Below are positions 26,601 through 35,559 of a DNA stretch of 64,000 nucleotides, piece by piece. Source of the DNA: an uncultured virus (IMG/VR IMGVR_UViG_3300037420_000914) (Duplodnaviria; Heunggongvirae; Uroviricota; Caudoviricetes); IMG/VR virus record IMGVR_UViG_3300037420_000914, one strand, 5' to 3'. Below the pieces are notes generated by a model that was not told the origin of the DNA, ran no database searches, and saw only the letters and a program-made list of their open reading frames with translations. Numbering within the stretch: the stretch's first letter is position 1; each line of letters begins with the position of its first letter. The position numbers and the translations under genes were made by a program.

Positions 26601-26884
26601 TAATCCCAGCGCCCGCGCTTGATATCGTGCTCGGTGATCAGCGGAGAAGCGAGGAAACCATCGACCTCGAGGTTGTCCACCGACAGGTCGGCCGCGCTTT
26701 GGTTGTCCGAGCCGTTGAAGCCGTTGTTGGCGAGGTACGTGACGCCATCGATCAGAAGGTCTTCGGTGTACGTCGTGCAGGCGATGACGCTGCCATCGCG
26801 CAGGTTCGCACGCCAGCAACCGGCGATCTTCGTCGTCCCGAGGGCGTATGCCGCCTTCAGGGTGCTCGAGATGTCGCGGGTCAC
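23636..26884 (-). CDS. Tail hub protein (DUF2163/BR0599) fused to a clan GH-A-like domain and a GH8 domain
   Basis: CNANLGDARC, GCQKRFYEDC..KFNNALNFRGFPHLPG; Pro-rich linker; IMNE/FHYY/INEF; TVSEGMGYGM, LDGDMDIALALLMA, YNACRDPWR. Confidence 0.85.
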   Translation of the reverse strand: MTRDISSTLKAAYALGTTKIAGCWRANLRDGSVIACTTYTEDLLIDGVTYLANNGFNGSDNQSAADLSVDNLEVDGFLASPLITEHDIKRGRWDYAQIEIFEVNFADLTMGKNIVRSGTLGRVTAGRSQFKTELRGLTQAYSRKIGRLVTQECNANLGDARCKIDLAPWTVTGYVAHVDDNKVITAPDRTEPTDWFTGGLLTFTSGLNNGLSMEVKAYTLSGGSGIFELFEGMPEEITAADTPGMPFPPPGSGSDPAPSVPDSFTVYAGCQKRFYEDCIGKFNNALNFRGFPHLPGVGVFGGPGTTMTPTPVIAHSPPPPPGSPPPPAPPPPSPSPGTPPPSPSSVSIGINIHDGGSFYGTTNAAIATILQARNMRAVRMLMDDTTNVTNLRDMIAKVNAYGGAVQLVLEPAGSWTLAPSSDLTATYNAAYANTTTLLNSVYDVVLDFEIMNEVQNRAIITNEVPRNSAQGTDLYTGQPGCETMAAYQKGMAQAIRDKATASGRALRVLNGLCTRDYAWIDFLDSKGVSWDVLSFHYYPDQTEATNDTWWYPTGALGMIERLGKPVTINEFNANEIYDSGYGNAAGDTLTEQGWAGNVLHGKYLIANQTLVESIVFYELVDQGGGGAEGRFGLLYNMTTPKVTLYIATAFAGGTLSSAERAELTSRGLFTDAEINAYAGVGSGGGTAGSSGSGYPFGSRRVAYASGVSTPSDTLASMDAFIKQQYDTWVANLYKTTPGGMGLLPAGAAWVQYSDPTFATVSEGMGYGMLITVLMSGYDGGAQQKFDALLSTVRAVRSKDYGGVINMSELMSWRVYANGTDAGAQWPALDGDMDIALALLMADVQWGSGGTWNYKSIAQAMLAQIKSYAFDVNGNIVETAGVMHEGRTSDYMFGHFRAFKRATGDSFWDNAIAQQKRITDYMQRNYAPATGLLPDWVGGVDTANPFLTTAVNDGGNPHEDGYWYNACRDPWRFGTDFAMTGDTDVKTYLTRMETFFSSTTGGAVTNIINGYALDGSGLVGANPFCIDAAFYCPMMVGAICDVRFQSWLDALWTHAKAHPESTYYSTEIQLLSAIVVSGNWWTP

Positions 26885-27495
26885 TCTCTGACTTCCTGCA
26901 GGGTGACGGTGGAGCTGTAGAAGCGCCCATCGGGGTCGCTGCCGGCTACGTTCATCGACCACTCGATCTGGTCGTTCAGGAAGTGCACGGGCACGTAGAA
27001 CTGTCCGGTGACGGTGACGAGAGCCGCCGAGGGCGAGCCGGTGATCGTCATCTGCCCCGTCGCGTAGTTGACGGTCGCGGAGGTCGCGACACCGGACACG
27101 AACACGGTGATGGTCCCGGTCATCGGCCGCGTGATCTTGCGGTCCTTGTGGCGGCCGGCGACGGTGTAGCGCTTGTACAACTGGTAGTTGCCACCACCCA
27201 GATCTGCCACGCGCCCGCTCGTGCCCAGGCTGTTGTCCTTCGGGTCCAGCAGCAGGAACCCGTACGCGCCGGCTTCGGTGTTCTCGAAGATGGCGTCGAA
27301 CTGCTCGCGGATCGCGCGGCGCAACGGGCCGACGTTGACGTCGTACTCGCGCAGGGTCTTGTCCTGCACGATGTTGATCGACTCGAAGCCGTTGGCGGTG
27401 GTCACGCGCTGGTTTTTGCGCATCAGCCGGCCGGTGATGTTCTGCGCGAACTCCTGGCCGGTGACGATGATGTCGTCAAGGACTTCGATGCTCAT
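26881..27495 (-). CDS. Distal tail protein (DUF2460-like)
   Basis: YGFLLLDPKD, YQLYKRY, RKITRP, GQFYVPVHF. Confidence 0.85.
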   Translation of the reverse strand: MSIEVLDDIIVTGQEFAQNITGRLMRKNQRVTTANGFESINIVQDKTLREYDVNVGPLRRAIREQFDAIFENTEAGAYGFLLLDPKDNSLGTSGRVADLGGGNYQLYKRYTVAGRHKDRKITRPMTGTITVFVSGVATSATVNYATGQMTITGSPSAALVTVTGQFYVPVHFLNDQIEWSMNVAGSDPDGRFYSSTVTLQEVRE

Positions 27496-30400
27496 ACGCG
27501 CTTTCCATTCCGGCGCGCGGCGTCCATGCCGCCACGCACTGCTGCGGCACCCATCTGTGTCGCCGTGGCGCGATTGGTGCCCGGCGGGAAGGTCATGTGC
27601 ATGTGGAAGGTCTGCGACGGCTCGCTCGGCCCCGAGGGAGCCGACTTCACTTCACCGCCTTGATTGCCCGTCATCAGGTAGTCCCTGCCGGCGATGGATA
27701 GCAGTTCGGGGCCGCGCTCGTTGACGCGGTACAGGGAATCGGACGACACCGGGCCGCCGAGTTCGCGAGCACCGGCCACGTAATGGATCGTGCTCATGAG
27801 CGCGTCCTGCTCGCCACGCTGCGCCTTGTCGTGCAGTTCCTCCAATGTGCCGCGGCCGATTGAGCGGACAGCGGGAGCGGAGAAGACGAACTCCTTGCCG
27901 TGCACGATGCCTGCGGCCTTCTTCGGATCGACATCGCCCGTGAAGCCGCCGGCCGCGAAGAATTGGCCGTAGTCCTGGTTGCCGAAGTCCGAACCAGTGC
28001 CGAACCCGCTGCCACCGCTGAACAGGCTGCCCAGACCACCCGCGCCGCCAGACGCGCTCATGCTGGCGAGAGAAGCCGCAGCCGACTGCGCAGCGGCCGC
28101 GAGTGCCGTCAGGGCAGCAGTTGCCGCGCTCGATGCCGCCGTCTCGGCCGACATTGCAGCCGTCTGCGCCGTCGTGGCGGCAGTGGCAGCCGTGGTCGCT
28201 GCGGCCTGGCTGGCGATCGATGCCGCCCCAGCCGCCCCGGAGGCGTTCTCTGCGCTGATCTCGGACAGTCGGAATGCTTCCTGCGCCGTGTTTGTGATGG
28301 CGGGTGCAGCCTGCCCGCCGCGATTCTTGCCGCCGAACAGGTCGGCGAAAAAGCTGCCGACTCCACCTAGGCCGCCGCCGTTGCCGAACAACTGCTGCGA
28401 CAGCTGCTTGCCGACTACATCGTTGATCTGCCGGCTTAGGCTGTTGGCGAAGTTGCGGATCGCATCGCGCGGCTTCGTGCCGTTCATCAGGTCCGAGAAG
28501 AGGTTCGCGCCCGCGTCCTTGAAGATGCCGTCGAACTTGTCCTTCAGCGGGTCCAGCGAAGCCTGCAGCTTTTCCAACTCCAGCCGCGCGCGCGAGGCGT
28601 CCAACTTCAGCTGCAGGTCCAGCGGGCGCTGCTTGGCCTGGTCTTCGAGGGTTTCGACCTCCTTCTGCAGTTCGGCCAGGCGCGTGGCCCGCGCTGCACC
28701 GAGGCGGGAAAGCGCCTCGAGCTCGCCGATTGCACCCGTGCTTTGCAGGAACGTGATGCGCTCTTCGTCGATCGCCAGCATCGAATCGGTGGCGGACAGG
28801 CGCTTCTTGGCCGCGTCGATCTGGTTGGTCTGCTCGATCAGCTTCTCGTTGGCGGCAAGTTCTGCCGGGCTGATCGCGATGCCGCTCTTGCTGGTTTGCG
28901 CGGCGAGATCGCGCGCCTGGTTGATCGCGATTTGCGCGCGCAGCTTCGCGGCACCTTCTTCATCCCCCTGCAGCTGCAGCAGGTTCGCGCGGTAGTTCAG
29001 GACTTGATCGGTCAGCTGCTTGAACGAGGCGGCCTGCTCCTGGTTCGCCAGCTGCGTCTCGCGGTCGGCGTTCTTGCGCAGGCGCTCTTCTTCGCGATCG
29101 ATGTCACCGAGGCGCTCGCGGTCCTGCTGCTTCTTGGAGGGGTCGGTCGTCTTCGCGAGGTGCGCCTGCACCGCTGCGCGTTCCTTCTCCAGCTCCGCGA
29201 TCTCGGCTGTCGTGCCTTGGGCGATGGCCTGGCGCTTCTTCTCGTAGAAGTCCACCAGCGACACCTGCCCGGCCTGGTACATGCCTTGCAGGAACCGCTG
29301 CTGGAAGCTGATCTCGTCACGCTCGTTCTGCAGCCCGTCGCGCGCAGCCTTGATCGAGCCGGCCAGCTGCGCATCGAGCACCTGCTGGCCCTCGCCGTTG
29401 GCGCCGCGCTTTCCTATCGAGGTGATGCGCTCGTTCACGCCGGCCAGTCGGCCCTTCAGGTCATCGACGACAGAAGCGGGCTGCTTTTCTTCGGTCGCTT
29501 TCTTGATGTCCGCCGTCAGGCGCTTGCGCAGGTCGACCAGCTCCGCGATCTGCTCCTTCTGGCCCTTGTAGCCTTCCGTGACTTTCTGGACCGACTTGAT
29601 CTCGTCGTCCAAGGCGGTCTTCGTCGCGATGGAAGCGCGCGCCACGCTGCCACCGGCGCCAGCCGTCTGGTCCGTCACCTTGCCGCCGGAGGTGCGCTGC
29701 TCCTCGGTGGTGGGAGAGACCGCTCCCGCGAGCTTGGCTGCCGCTGACACGGCGGCCGCACCCGGGATCAGGTTCAAGCCTGCGCTCGCCCCTCCGCTGA
29801 GGATCGGGCCGACGACTGGAATCTTCGGGATCTTCGGGATGTTGTCGATCAGCCAGGCTATGCCCTCGATCGTTTTGGCCAGCAGCGCGTTCATGTTGCG
29901 CAGGCCATCGGACTGGCTGAGGCCTTGCTGTGCGCGTCCCCATGCCTTGCTGAGGTCGTCGATCGCGGTGCCCAGCGGCGTGAAGCCGCGGGCGACAGCG
30001 CCCTGGACGCGCCCTTCCACCACTCCGAACATGACGGCCTGCGCGCCCATCGTGTCGCCCAGTCGCACTGCGTCATTTATGGCGTTGATCTGCGCCGCAC
30101 GAAATGGACCGTTGAGCGTCTGCTCGAACGTCTTCGCGCCCTGCACCGGGTCGGCGAACGCGCGCGCCAGTTCCTTCGTGGCGCTGGGGATATCCTGCCC
30201 CGTCGCCTTGGCATAGTCGGCCGCGATGCGCGCGAGATCCTTGAACAGGCCGGCGCTGATCTCGTGGGACTTCGACAGCTCCGATACGATGGCCGTGGCG
30301 GCGTCGTGAGAGACCCCGGGCACCTGTGCGAGCTGGCTGATGAACTCGCGCAGCTCCTTGGTGGAGAATAGATCCGAGCGGCCCGTGCCGGCCAGCTGCG

Positions 30401-31514
30401 CCTGGATCGCAGCGAGGTCGCGCGCCTTGGATTCGGCATCAGCCATCGCAAGGCCCAGCGCGATCGCTCCAGCGGCTGCGGCGCCCATGGCGATGCGCAT
30501 CGGCGTCAGCAGCGACAGCACGGCGCGGAACGCGTTGCCCGCCCCACCGAAGGTGCCGGAAAGCTGCGAGCCCTGCTGCACGAACGCGGTGAGCGGGTTC
30601 TGCCCCGAGATCACTTGCACCGCGAAGTCGTGCAGTTGGAAGCCCAGCTGCTGCGACTGGAAGGCGGTGAGGCCGGCTTGTTTGCCGAGCCCCGCCAAGG
30701 CGGCTTGGTGCGCCGCGCTCGCCTTCGCGGCGGCCTGCTGGTTGGCGACCAGACCGGCCTGCGCGGACAGCATTGCCGCATTGGCTGAGGCGGCGCGCGC
30801 CTGTGCCTGCGCGATCTGCTCCTGGGATGCTGCGGCGTTGCCGTTGACGGCGGCCAGTTGCTGCTGCGCCTGCGCGTTGCGAGCGACGGCAGCGGTCAGG
30901 ACTGCTTGAGACGACGCCACCCTCGCATCGGCCAGGGCCAAGGCTTGCTCGGCTTGGCGCAGCCTCTCGGTACCAGCAGCGGCCTTTTCGGCGGCGGCAC
31001 CTAGGCTCGCCGTTGAAGCAGCGCCAGACGACGCAGCACCGGACGAAGAGCCGGGCGGCAGAGGCGGCGGCGAGGGTGGCAGCGGTGGGGGTGTGATCGT
31101 GGGCGGAGCCGGCGGGCGTCCACCGGCCCCACCAGCAGCCGTCGCGAGCGCCGCATTGGCCTTCTGGCCGGCTTGCGCTGCATCGTCGCCCATCTTGCGA
31201 AGGGAAGCGGCTGCGGCGTCGGCTTTGGCCTGCGTGGTCCCGAGATCACCAGCCACCTTCGCCAGTGCCGCAGCAGCTTTCGGCCCGAGCGCGGCCTGTG
31301 CTTCCTCAAGCGTCTTGAACGACAGAGCCGTTTTGGATGCGGCCTGACCGGATGCAGCTAGAGCTCGGCCCTGCGCATCCACCGCCGGCTTGAGCCTCGT
31401 GGCTGCTCCTTCCGCCCGCGTGCCCGCGGCGGCCATCTTGTCGAGGGCCACGGACGCAGTGTTGACCTGCGTGGAATCTACGGCAAGGGCGAGAGTGGTG
31501 ACATCTACGGTCAT
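27492..31514 (-). CDS. Tape measure protein
   Basis: 1340 aa Ala-rich; QLHDFAVQVISGQNPLTAFVQQGSQL; C-terminal FAAGGFTG...GIVHGKEFV. Confidence 0.93.
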   Translation of the reverse strand: MTVDVTTLALAVDSTQVNTASVALDKMAAAGTRAEGAATRLKPAVDAQGRALAASGQAASKTALSFKTLEEAQAALGPKAAAALAKVAGDLGTTQAKADAAAASLRKMGDDAAQAGQKANAALATAAGGAGGRPPAPPTITPPPLPPSPPPLPPGSSSGAASSGAASTASLGAAAEKAAAGTERLRQAEQALALADARVASSQAVLTAAVARNAQAQQQLAAVNGNAAASQEQIAQAQARAASANAAMLSAQAGLVANQQAAAKASAAHQAALAGLGKQAGLTAFQSQQLGFQLHDFAVQVISGQNPLTAFVQQGSQLSGTFGGAGNAFRAVLSLLTPMRIAMGAAAAGAIALGLAMADAESKARDLAAIQAQLAGTGRSDLFSTKELREFISQLAQVPGVSHDAATAIVSELSKSHEISAGLFKDLARIAADYAKATGQDIPSATKELARAFADPVQGAKTFEQTLNGPFRAAQINAINDAVRLGDTMGAQAVMFGVVEGRVQGAVARGFTPLGTAIDDLSKAWGRAQQGLSQSDGLRNMNALLAKTIEGIAWLIDNIPKIPKIPVVGPILSGGASAGLNLIPGAAAVSAAAKLAGAVSPTTEEQRTSGGKVTDQTAGAGGSVARASIATKTALDDEIKSVQKVTEGYKGQKEQIAELVDLRKRLTADIKKATEEKQPASVVDDLKGRLAGVNERITSIGKRGANGEGQQVLDAQLAGSIKAARDGLQNERDEISFQQRFLQGMYQAGQVSLVDFYEKKRQAIAQGTTAEIAELEKERAAVQAHLAKTTDPSKKQQDRERLGDIDREEERLRKNADRETQLANQEQAASFKQLTDQVLNYRANLLQLQGDEEGAAKLRAQIAINQARDLAAQTSKSGIAISPAELAANEKLIEQTNQIDAAKKRLSATDSMLAIDEERITFLQSTGAIGELEALSRLGAARATRLAELQKEVETLEDQAKQRPLDLQLKLDASRARLELEKLQASLDPLKDKFDGIFKDAGANLFSDLMNGTKPRDAIRNFANSLSRQINDVVGKQLSQQLFGNGGGLGGVGSFFADLFGGKNRGGQAAPAITNTAQEAFRLSEISAENASGAAGAASIASQAAATTAATAATTAQTAAMSAETAASSAATAALTALAAAAQSAAASLASMSASGGAGGLGSLFSGGSGFGTGSDFGNQDYGQFFAAGGFTGDVDPKKAAGIVHGKEFVFSAPAVRSIGRGTLEELHDKAQRGEQDALMSTIHYVAGARELGGPVSSDSLYRVNERGPELLSIAGRDYLMTGNQGGEVKSAPSGPSEPSQTFHMHMTFPPGTNRATATQMGAAAVRGGMDAARRNGKRV

Positions 31515-31855
31515 GTTTCGTCGTCCTTGTGGATTTCCTCAAGCGCGCCCTCTTCGAGCGGTCTGAGGTCGGGAAAGATGCACCGCCACTGCTCGGTGGT
31601 GATTCCGAGCGCTAGGCGCACTTCGCGATAGGCTTCGGGGCGAATGCCCGCAGCGCCGTTCGGGCCGAGGTTCCAGGCACCGGAGCCCAGCGCGGAGAAG
31701 AACCGCACCGCCGGCCAGCAGTCAGGCCACAGGCGAACGGTGTTCTGCTGCTCGTAGTCCTTCGGGCTCAAGCCCCAGAAGGCCATCTCGCGCAGCTGCT
31801 TTTTCGTGAGAGGCTTCTTGTATAGCGCCGCACCCGCGCTCTTTAGTTTTCCCGG
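31511..31855 (-). CDS. Tail assembly chaperone, second (frameshift) ORF, DUF1799-like
   Basis: LWPDCWPAV.FF...IFPDLRPLEEGAL; overlaps upstream ORF in -1 frame. Confidence 0.7.
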   Translation of the reverse strand, partial: PGKLKSAGAALYKKPLTKKQLREMAFWGLSPKDYEQQNTVRLWPDCWPAVRFFSALGSGAWNLGPNGAAGIRPEAYREVRLALGITTEQWRCIFPDLRPLEEGALEEIHKDDET

Positions 31856-32247
31856 CGTCTCTGCGTCAGGCCGTCGAACCAAGCCTCGCAAATCTTCTTG
31901 GCCGTGAGGTCGTGGTAGTTGGCAATCAGCTTGCCCATGGCATCGCGGCTGAACTCGGCGTCGACGTCTTCCCAGCCAACGACCACTTCCATGATCTCGT
32001 CCAAGCCGGTCTTTTCCATCTTCGGTGCAGGCGGCAGCACCGAGCCCTCAGCGAGCGCGGCAATCGCCTCGGCGTGCTTGGCGAGCGCCTCTCGGTACTT
32101 CGCGTAGCGCTCGATCGCCGCCGTCCACCACGCGTCGTGCTCTTCGACGGTCATGTGCTTGAACAGCAGCTTCAGCGTCTGCTCGCCTTCGGGCGTCTTG
32201 AACTTCACATCCCACTTGAAGGTGGGATTCGGGTCGATTTTGATCAC
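31843..32247 (-). CDS. Tail assembly chaperone
   Basis: KIDPNPTF...VVGWEDVDAEFS...RREN, between tail tube and tape measure. Confidence 0.85.
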   Translation of the reverse strand: MIKIDPNPTFKWDVKFKTPEGEQTLKLLFKHMTVEEHDAWWTAAIERYAKYREALAKHAEAIAALAEGSVLPPAPKMEKTGLDEIMEVVVGWEDVDAEFSRDAMGKLIANYHDLTAKKICEAWFDGLTQRRREN

Positions 32248-32264
32248 GGGTTCTCCTGCGGAGG

Positions 32265-32304
32265 AAAGAAAAGGGCCCGCAGGTTTGGAAACCTTGCGGG
32301 CCTT
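32265..32304 (-). terminator. Intrinsic terminator after major tail gene
   Basis: GGCCCGC...GCGGGCC stem followed by TTTTCTTT on minus strand. Confidence 0.7.
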
Positions 32305-32332
32305 CTAGATGCCTCCCTGGTCAGGAGGCGGA

Positions 32333-32983
32333 TTACGACGAGTAGCGGGTCGTGCGGTTGATGATCGAGATCGTGACCTTCAGGCCCATGATCTCGTTCT
32401 TGGTCAGCGTGGGCGTGCGTTGCAGCGTCACGTAGGCCGAGAAGTAGATCGGCGAGCCAGAGGGCAGCAGCACGCGCATCACGCGTTGCAGGCGGTCGGT
32501 GTCGGCGGTGTCCAGCACCGAGTAGTGCGGCAGGGTCGCGTCGTCACCGATCGTGAACTTGAACACCGTCGGGGTCTTCACCGTCGGGATCTGGTGCTCT
32601 TCGCTGTCCTCGAGGAACGAGTAGGTGACGAACTGCTGCTCGCCTCCTTCCGTGGCGGTGTCCAGGATCTGCGTGATCTGCGTCCAGGCCGTGACCTCGC
32701 GGACCGTGCCAGTGCCCGTACCGGCCGGGAAGTTGGTCGTGCTCGAGGTGTTCAGACCTTCGACCGAGACGTCGTTGGTGGCCACCGCCGAAGCGCGGTA
32801 CACGTTGCCGTTGGCCTTCGACCAGCCCGAGGTGACTTCGAAGATGTCCGACACGACGATGCCGTGGGACGCTTCGAGGGTCATCACGCCGGGGTTGGCG
32901 TTGGAGAACGCAGAGATTGCTTTGGTGGCGCCATAGGTCGATCCGATCGAGATCGTGGCGCCGTTCGGGAGAGAAACAGCCAT
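32333..32983 (-). CDS. Major tail tube protein
   Basis: MAVSLPNGA...SGW...GGEQQF..YSFLED. Confidence 0.88.
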   Translation of the reverse strand: MAVSLPNGATISIGSTYGATKAISAFSNANPGVMTLEASHGIVVSDIFEVTSGWSKANGNVYRASAVATNDVSVEGLNTSSTTNFPAGTGTGTVREVTAWTQITQILDTATEGGEQQFVTYSFLEDSEEHQIPTVKTPTVFKFTIGDDATLPHYSVLDTADTDRLQRVMRVLLPSGSPIYFSAYVTLQRTPTLTKNEIMGLKVTISIINRTTRYSS

Positions 32984-33122
32984 GGTGGGCCTCACAGAGA
33001 AAAGGCGCTCTTCGGAGCGCGTTTCGGGGTCTGCGAGGCATCAGGTGCGCGGGGGCTCTTGCGAGCGCGGCGCACCGCGAGGCAGGGACGTACGAATCAG
33101 CCGCCAGCGCGGCCGAGACGAT

Positions 33123-33215
33123 CTATTGCTGGGAGAGCCATTTCTCCCAGGCGGAAAGGATTCCCTTGCACAGCCGGATCAGGGCTTCGTGCAGGGCACG
33201 GGTGGATTGGGTCAT
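33123..33215 (-). CDS. 30-aa peptide (not in ORF track)
   Basis: MTQSTRALHEALIRLCKGILSAWEKWLSQQ; start overlaps stop of upstream gene. Confidence 0.5.
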   Translation of the reverse strand: MTQSTRALHEALIRLCKGILSAWEKWLSQQ

Positions 33216-33619
33216 CATGCGAAGGCCCTGTACTGCGCCGAGGCCGGCACGACGAATCGGTCCGGATGCGGCAGCGGCGGTGCAGCGCTGAATGGCGAGG
33301 TGAGCCAGATGCGCAGTCCGTCGGCGGTGATGGTGATCGCGAACGCGGCGTCAAGCGAGTCGATCAGCGCGCGCACGGTGCCTGCTCCGGTGCCCTGCGG
33401 CATATAGAACTGCACTTGGAAGATGCCCTGGCGAGCGCGGCCCGAGCCGTCGAAGAAAAGCCGCTGCGCGTCGTTCGGGACGAGGTGCGCGTAGACGTAG
33501 CGGCCCGCTGGCGGGGTGAATTGCACGTTCTCCCACGCGACCGGAATCGCGGGCGTCTGCGCGTCGGCCCACGCCTTCAGCGTCGTTTCGAAGGCTTGCG
33601 CGATCAGGGCGTCGGACAT
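33215..33619 (-). CDS. Tail terminator (DUF4128-like)
   Basis: PVAWENVQFTPP...GIFQV...GTG. Confidence 0.8.
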   Translation of the reverse strand: MSDALIAQAFETTLKAWADAQTPAIPVAWENVQFTPPAGRYVYAHLVPNDAQRLFFDGSGRARQGIFQVQFYMPQGTGAGTVRALIDSLDAAFAITITADGLRIWLTSPFSAAPPLPHPDRFVVPASAQYRAFA

Positions 33620-33622
33620 GGA

Positions 33623-34291
33623 TCAGCGGCGCTTCTTGTTCTTGCGCGCGGGTGCTGGCGCGGGAGTCGATGCGGGCGCGGGTTTGGGCTCGGCCACAAA
33701 CACACCGGAGAAGCCGGTATCGATCGGAGCAGCGGCCGTGGGCTCCTGCTGCGCAGCATCGAGCAGAAAGCCGACCGAGCCGTTGAGCACCGAGCCGTCT
33801 TTCAGCACCACGCAGCGGCGGAAGTCGTCGGCGATGGCCCAGTCGTCGACGTGCTGGTCATTCACCGTCACGCCGAGCACGCGCGGGTTGTATTCGGGGC
33901 TGGTGGGATCGCTGGAAACGCGCATGCATTTGCTCCGTTGTGCTCTGGCCTCGGCCTCGATCAGCTCCATCGCCGCGCGATACCAGCCGACCTCGTTCAT
34001 GCGTGCCTGCAGCGTAGCGTCCCGCTTTGCGTACTCGCGGAACCTTTCCTCGTGCTGGCGCTGGAATTCCGCTTCTCGTTCGCGCTCTTCCCGCTCGCGC
34101 CGCAGGCGTGCCGCTTCTTGTTCCTCCGGCGTACCGAGGGTGTTGTCATAGATGGAAGCGAGCGGCAGGCTGCCGTCCGCATCGCTCACCATGACTTCAG
34201 CTTCGTCGTAGCCGATGGCGCCGAGCGTTACCCCGTGCTCTACGCACAGCGCCGCCAGCGCAGCCTTGAACGCTCCGAACTTCGCGGTCAT
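33623..34291 (-). CDS. Hypothetical protein
   Basis: 222-aa ORF coupled within operon. Confidence 0.6.
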   Translation of the reverse strand: MTAKFGAFKAALAALCVEHGVTLGAIGYDEAEVMVSDADGSLPLASIYDNTLGTPEEQEAARLRREREEREREAEFQRQHEERFREYAKRDATLQARMNEVGWYRAAMELIEAEARAQRSKCMRVSSDPTSPEYNPRVLGVTVNDQHVDDWAIADDFRRCVVLKDGSVLNGSVGFLLDAAQQEPTAAAPIDTGFSGVFVAEPKPAPASTPAPAPARKNKKRR

Positions 34292-34716
34292 TCGCTCACC
34301 ACCCGGCGCACGTACGCCTCGTATTCCTGCGCGGACAACCGCACCATGCCCTGCGGTGCCTGTTTCGAGAAGCCGTTCACCGTCTTCCCTGTGGGCTTCT
34401 TCGGCGGGTTCGGGTACTCGCCGTATTCAAGCGTGCGGGCGTACGGCAGTGAGTTCGCGAGGTAAACGACGCCGCCGGCTGGCATGGCCCCTGCCCTCGC
34501 CGCTTCGGCCGCGCCGCGCGCCTGATCGGTACTATCGGTCGTCGTCGTGTCAAGCGCGCCTTGGCTGGCATTCCAGTTCGCGCGGGCGCGGCCGGTGTCC
34601 ACTGGCGTGCGCTTCACTACGGCCGCGAACACCTGCTGCGTGGACTTCTGCACCGTCGTTTGCAGGTCGGCCTTCACCTTCTCGGCGAGCTTGGCGATGG
34701 GGATGGAGAAGCTCAT
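34288..34716 (-). CDS. HK97 gp10-like tail completion protein
   Basis: TPVDTGRARANW...NSLPYARTLEYG...SKQAPQGMVR. Confidence 0.88.
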   Translation of the reverse strand: MSFSIPIAKLAEKVKADLQTTVQKSTQQVFAAVVKRTPVDTGRARANWNASQGALDTTTTDSTDQARGAAEAARAGAMPAGGVVYLANSLPYARTLEYGEYPNPPKKPTGKTVNGFSKQAPQGMVRLSAQEYEAYVRRVVSE

Positions 34717-34985
34717 TTCGCGGCTTTCTCGCAGGCGTTGAGCTTTTGCTGCACTTCCCAGACTGCGAGAGCCTTGGAGCCTTCGGCGGCGTCCTTGATG
34801 TCCTCGATCGCCTCTTCGGCCTTGTACTTGGCCTGGATGGCGGCGCGCAGGTCGGATTCGGCTTTTGACACCTTGCCCGCGAGCGATGCAGCCGCGTCCC
34901 TGCTCTGCGCGTACAGCGTGCCCACGATGCCGAGGCCCACGGCCAGCACGACCGGCAGCAAGTGACGGGTGAACCATTCCTTCAT
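34713..34985 (-). CDS. Hypothetical membrane-anchored protein
   Basis: N-terminal TM followed by coiled coil. Confidence 0.55.
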   Translation of the reverse strand: MKEWFTRHLLPVVLAVGLGIVGTLYAQSRDAAASLAGKVSKAESDLRAAIQAKYKAEEAIEDIKDAAEGSKALAVWEVQQKLNACEKAAK

Positions 34986-34993
34986 GGCGGGCC

Positions 34994-35278
34994 TCAGTTC
35001 GGCAGCAGGATGCGCGGGACGTTCAATCCGTTCGGAGCGACTGCCGAGACGTTGCAGGCAGGCTGGCCGCCGACGCAGGCGAGCTCCACCTGTCCGCCTT
35101 CGAGCAGCATGGCGAGTTCATGGGGATCGGGCTTCCAGCGCGTGAGGAACACCTTGACGCCCTGGTGCTCGCCCTGCATCGCATACAGGCCTGGCAGGCG
35201 CAGCGCTCCGCCCTTGTCATCCCAGTCCTTGGGCGGGTGGCAGAACGTGTTCTGCTTGGGGTGCTTTTCGGGGGTCAC
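34994..35278 (-). CDS. Hypothetical protein
   Basis: PPKDWD...WKPDPHELAMLLEGG. Confidence 0.6.
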   Translation of the reverse strand: MTPEKHPKQNTFCHPPKDWDDKGGALRLPGLYAMQGEHQGVKVFLTRWKPDPHELAMLLEGGQVELACVGGQPACNVSAVAPNGLNVPRILLPN

Positions 35279-35559
35279 TTCTTACCCTTCGGACGGCACT
35301 TGCGCGGCTTCTCGTAGCCCATGACGACAAGCTGCCAGTGCTCGTAGTCGGATGGCTTCAATCCAATTGCCGCCATGTCTCGTTCCAGCCGGAAGCGCCG
35401 TTCGGCCAGCGTTTCAGGGTTCGCGAGAGATGCTCTAAGAAGCGCCTCGATCCGCTCCAGCGTCCGAAGGACTCTGGCGAGATCCATGTCCCGCGAACTG
35501 CCTATGTCGCGAGGCGGGCCACTGTGGAAGTTGACGACGTTGTTGAATCGATTGGTCAT
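35275..35559 (-). CDS. Hypothetical protein
   Basis: Start/stop coupling at both ends. Confidence 0.5.
   Translation of the reverse strand: MTNRFNNVVNFHSGPPRDIGSSRDMDLARVLRTLERIEALLRASLANPETLAERRFRLERDMAAIGLKPSDYEHWQLVVMGYEKPRKCRPKGKK

Noticed and set aside
17161..26884. Diversity-generating retroelement or invertible tail cassette
   Set aside because: No reverse transcriptase, template/variable repeat pair or invertase seen
19948..34465. Long + strand ORFs (e.g. 19948..21546, 25085..26920, 32309..34465)
   Set aside because: Antisense shadows of GC-rich structural genes, with Arg/Ala-rich composition and no motifs
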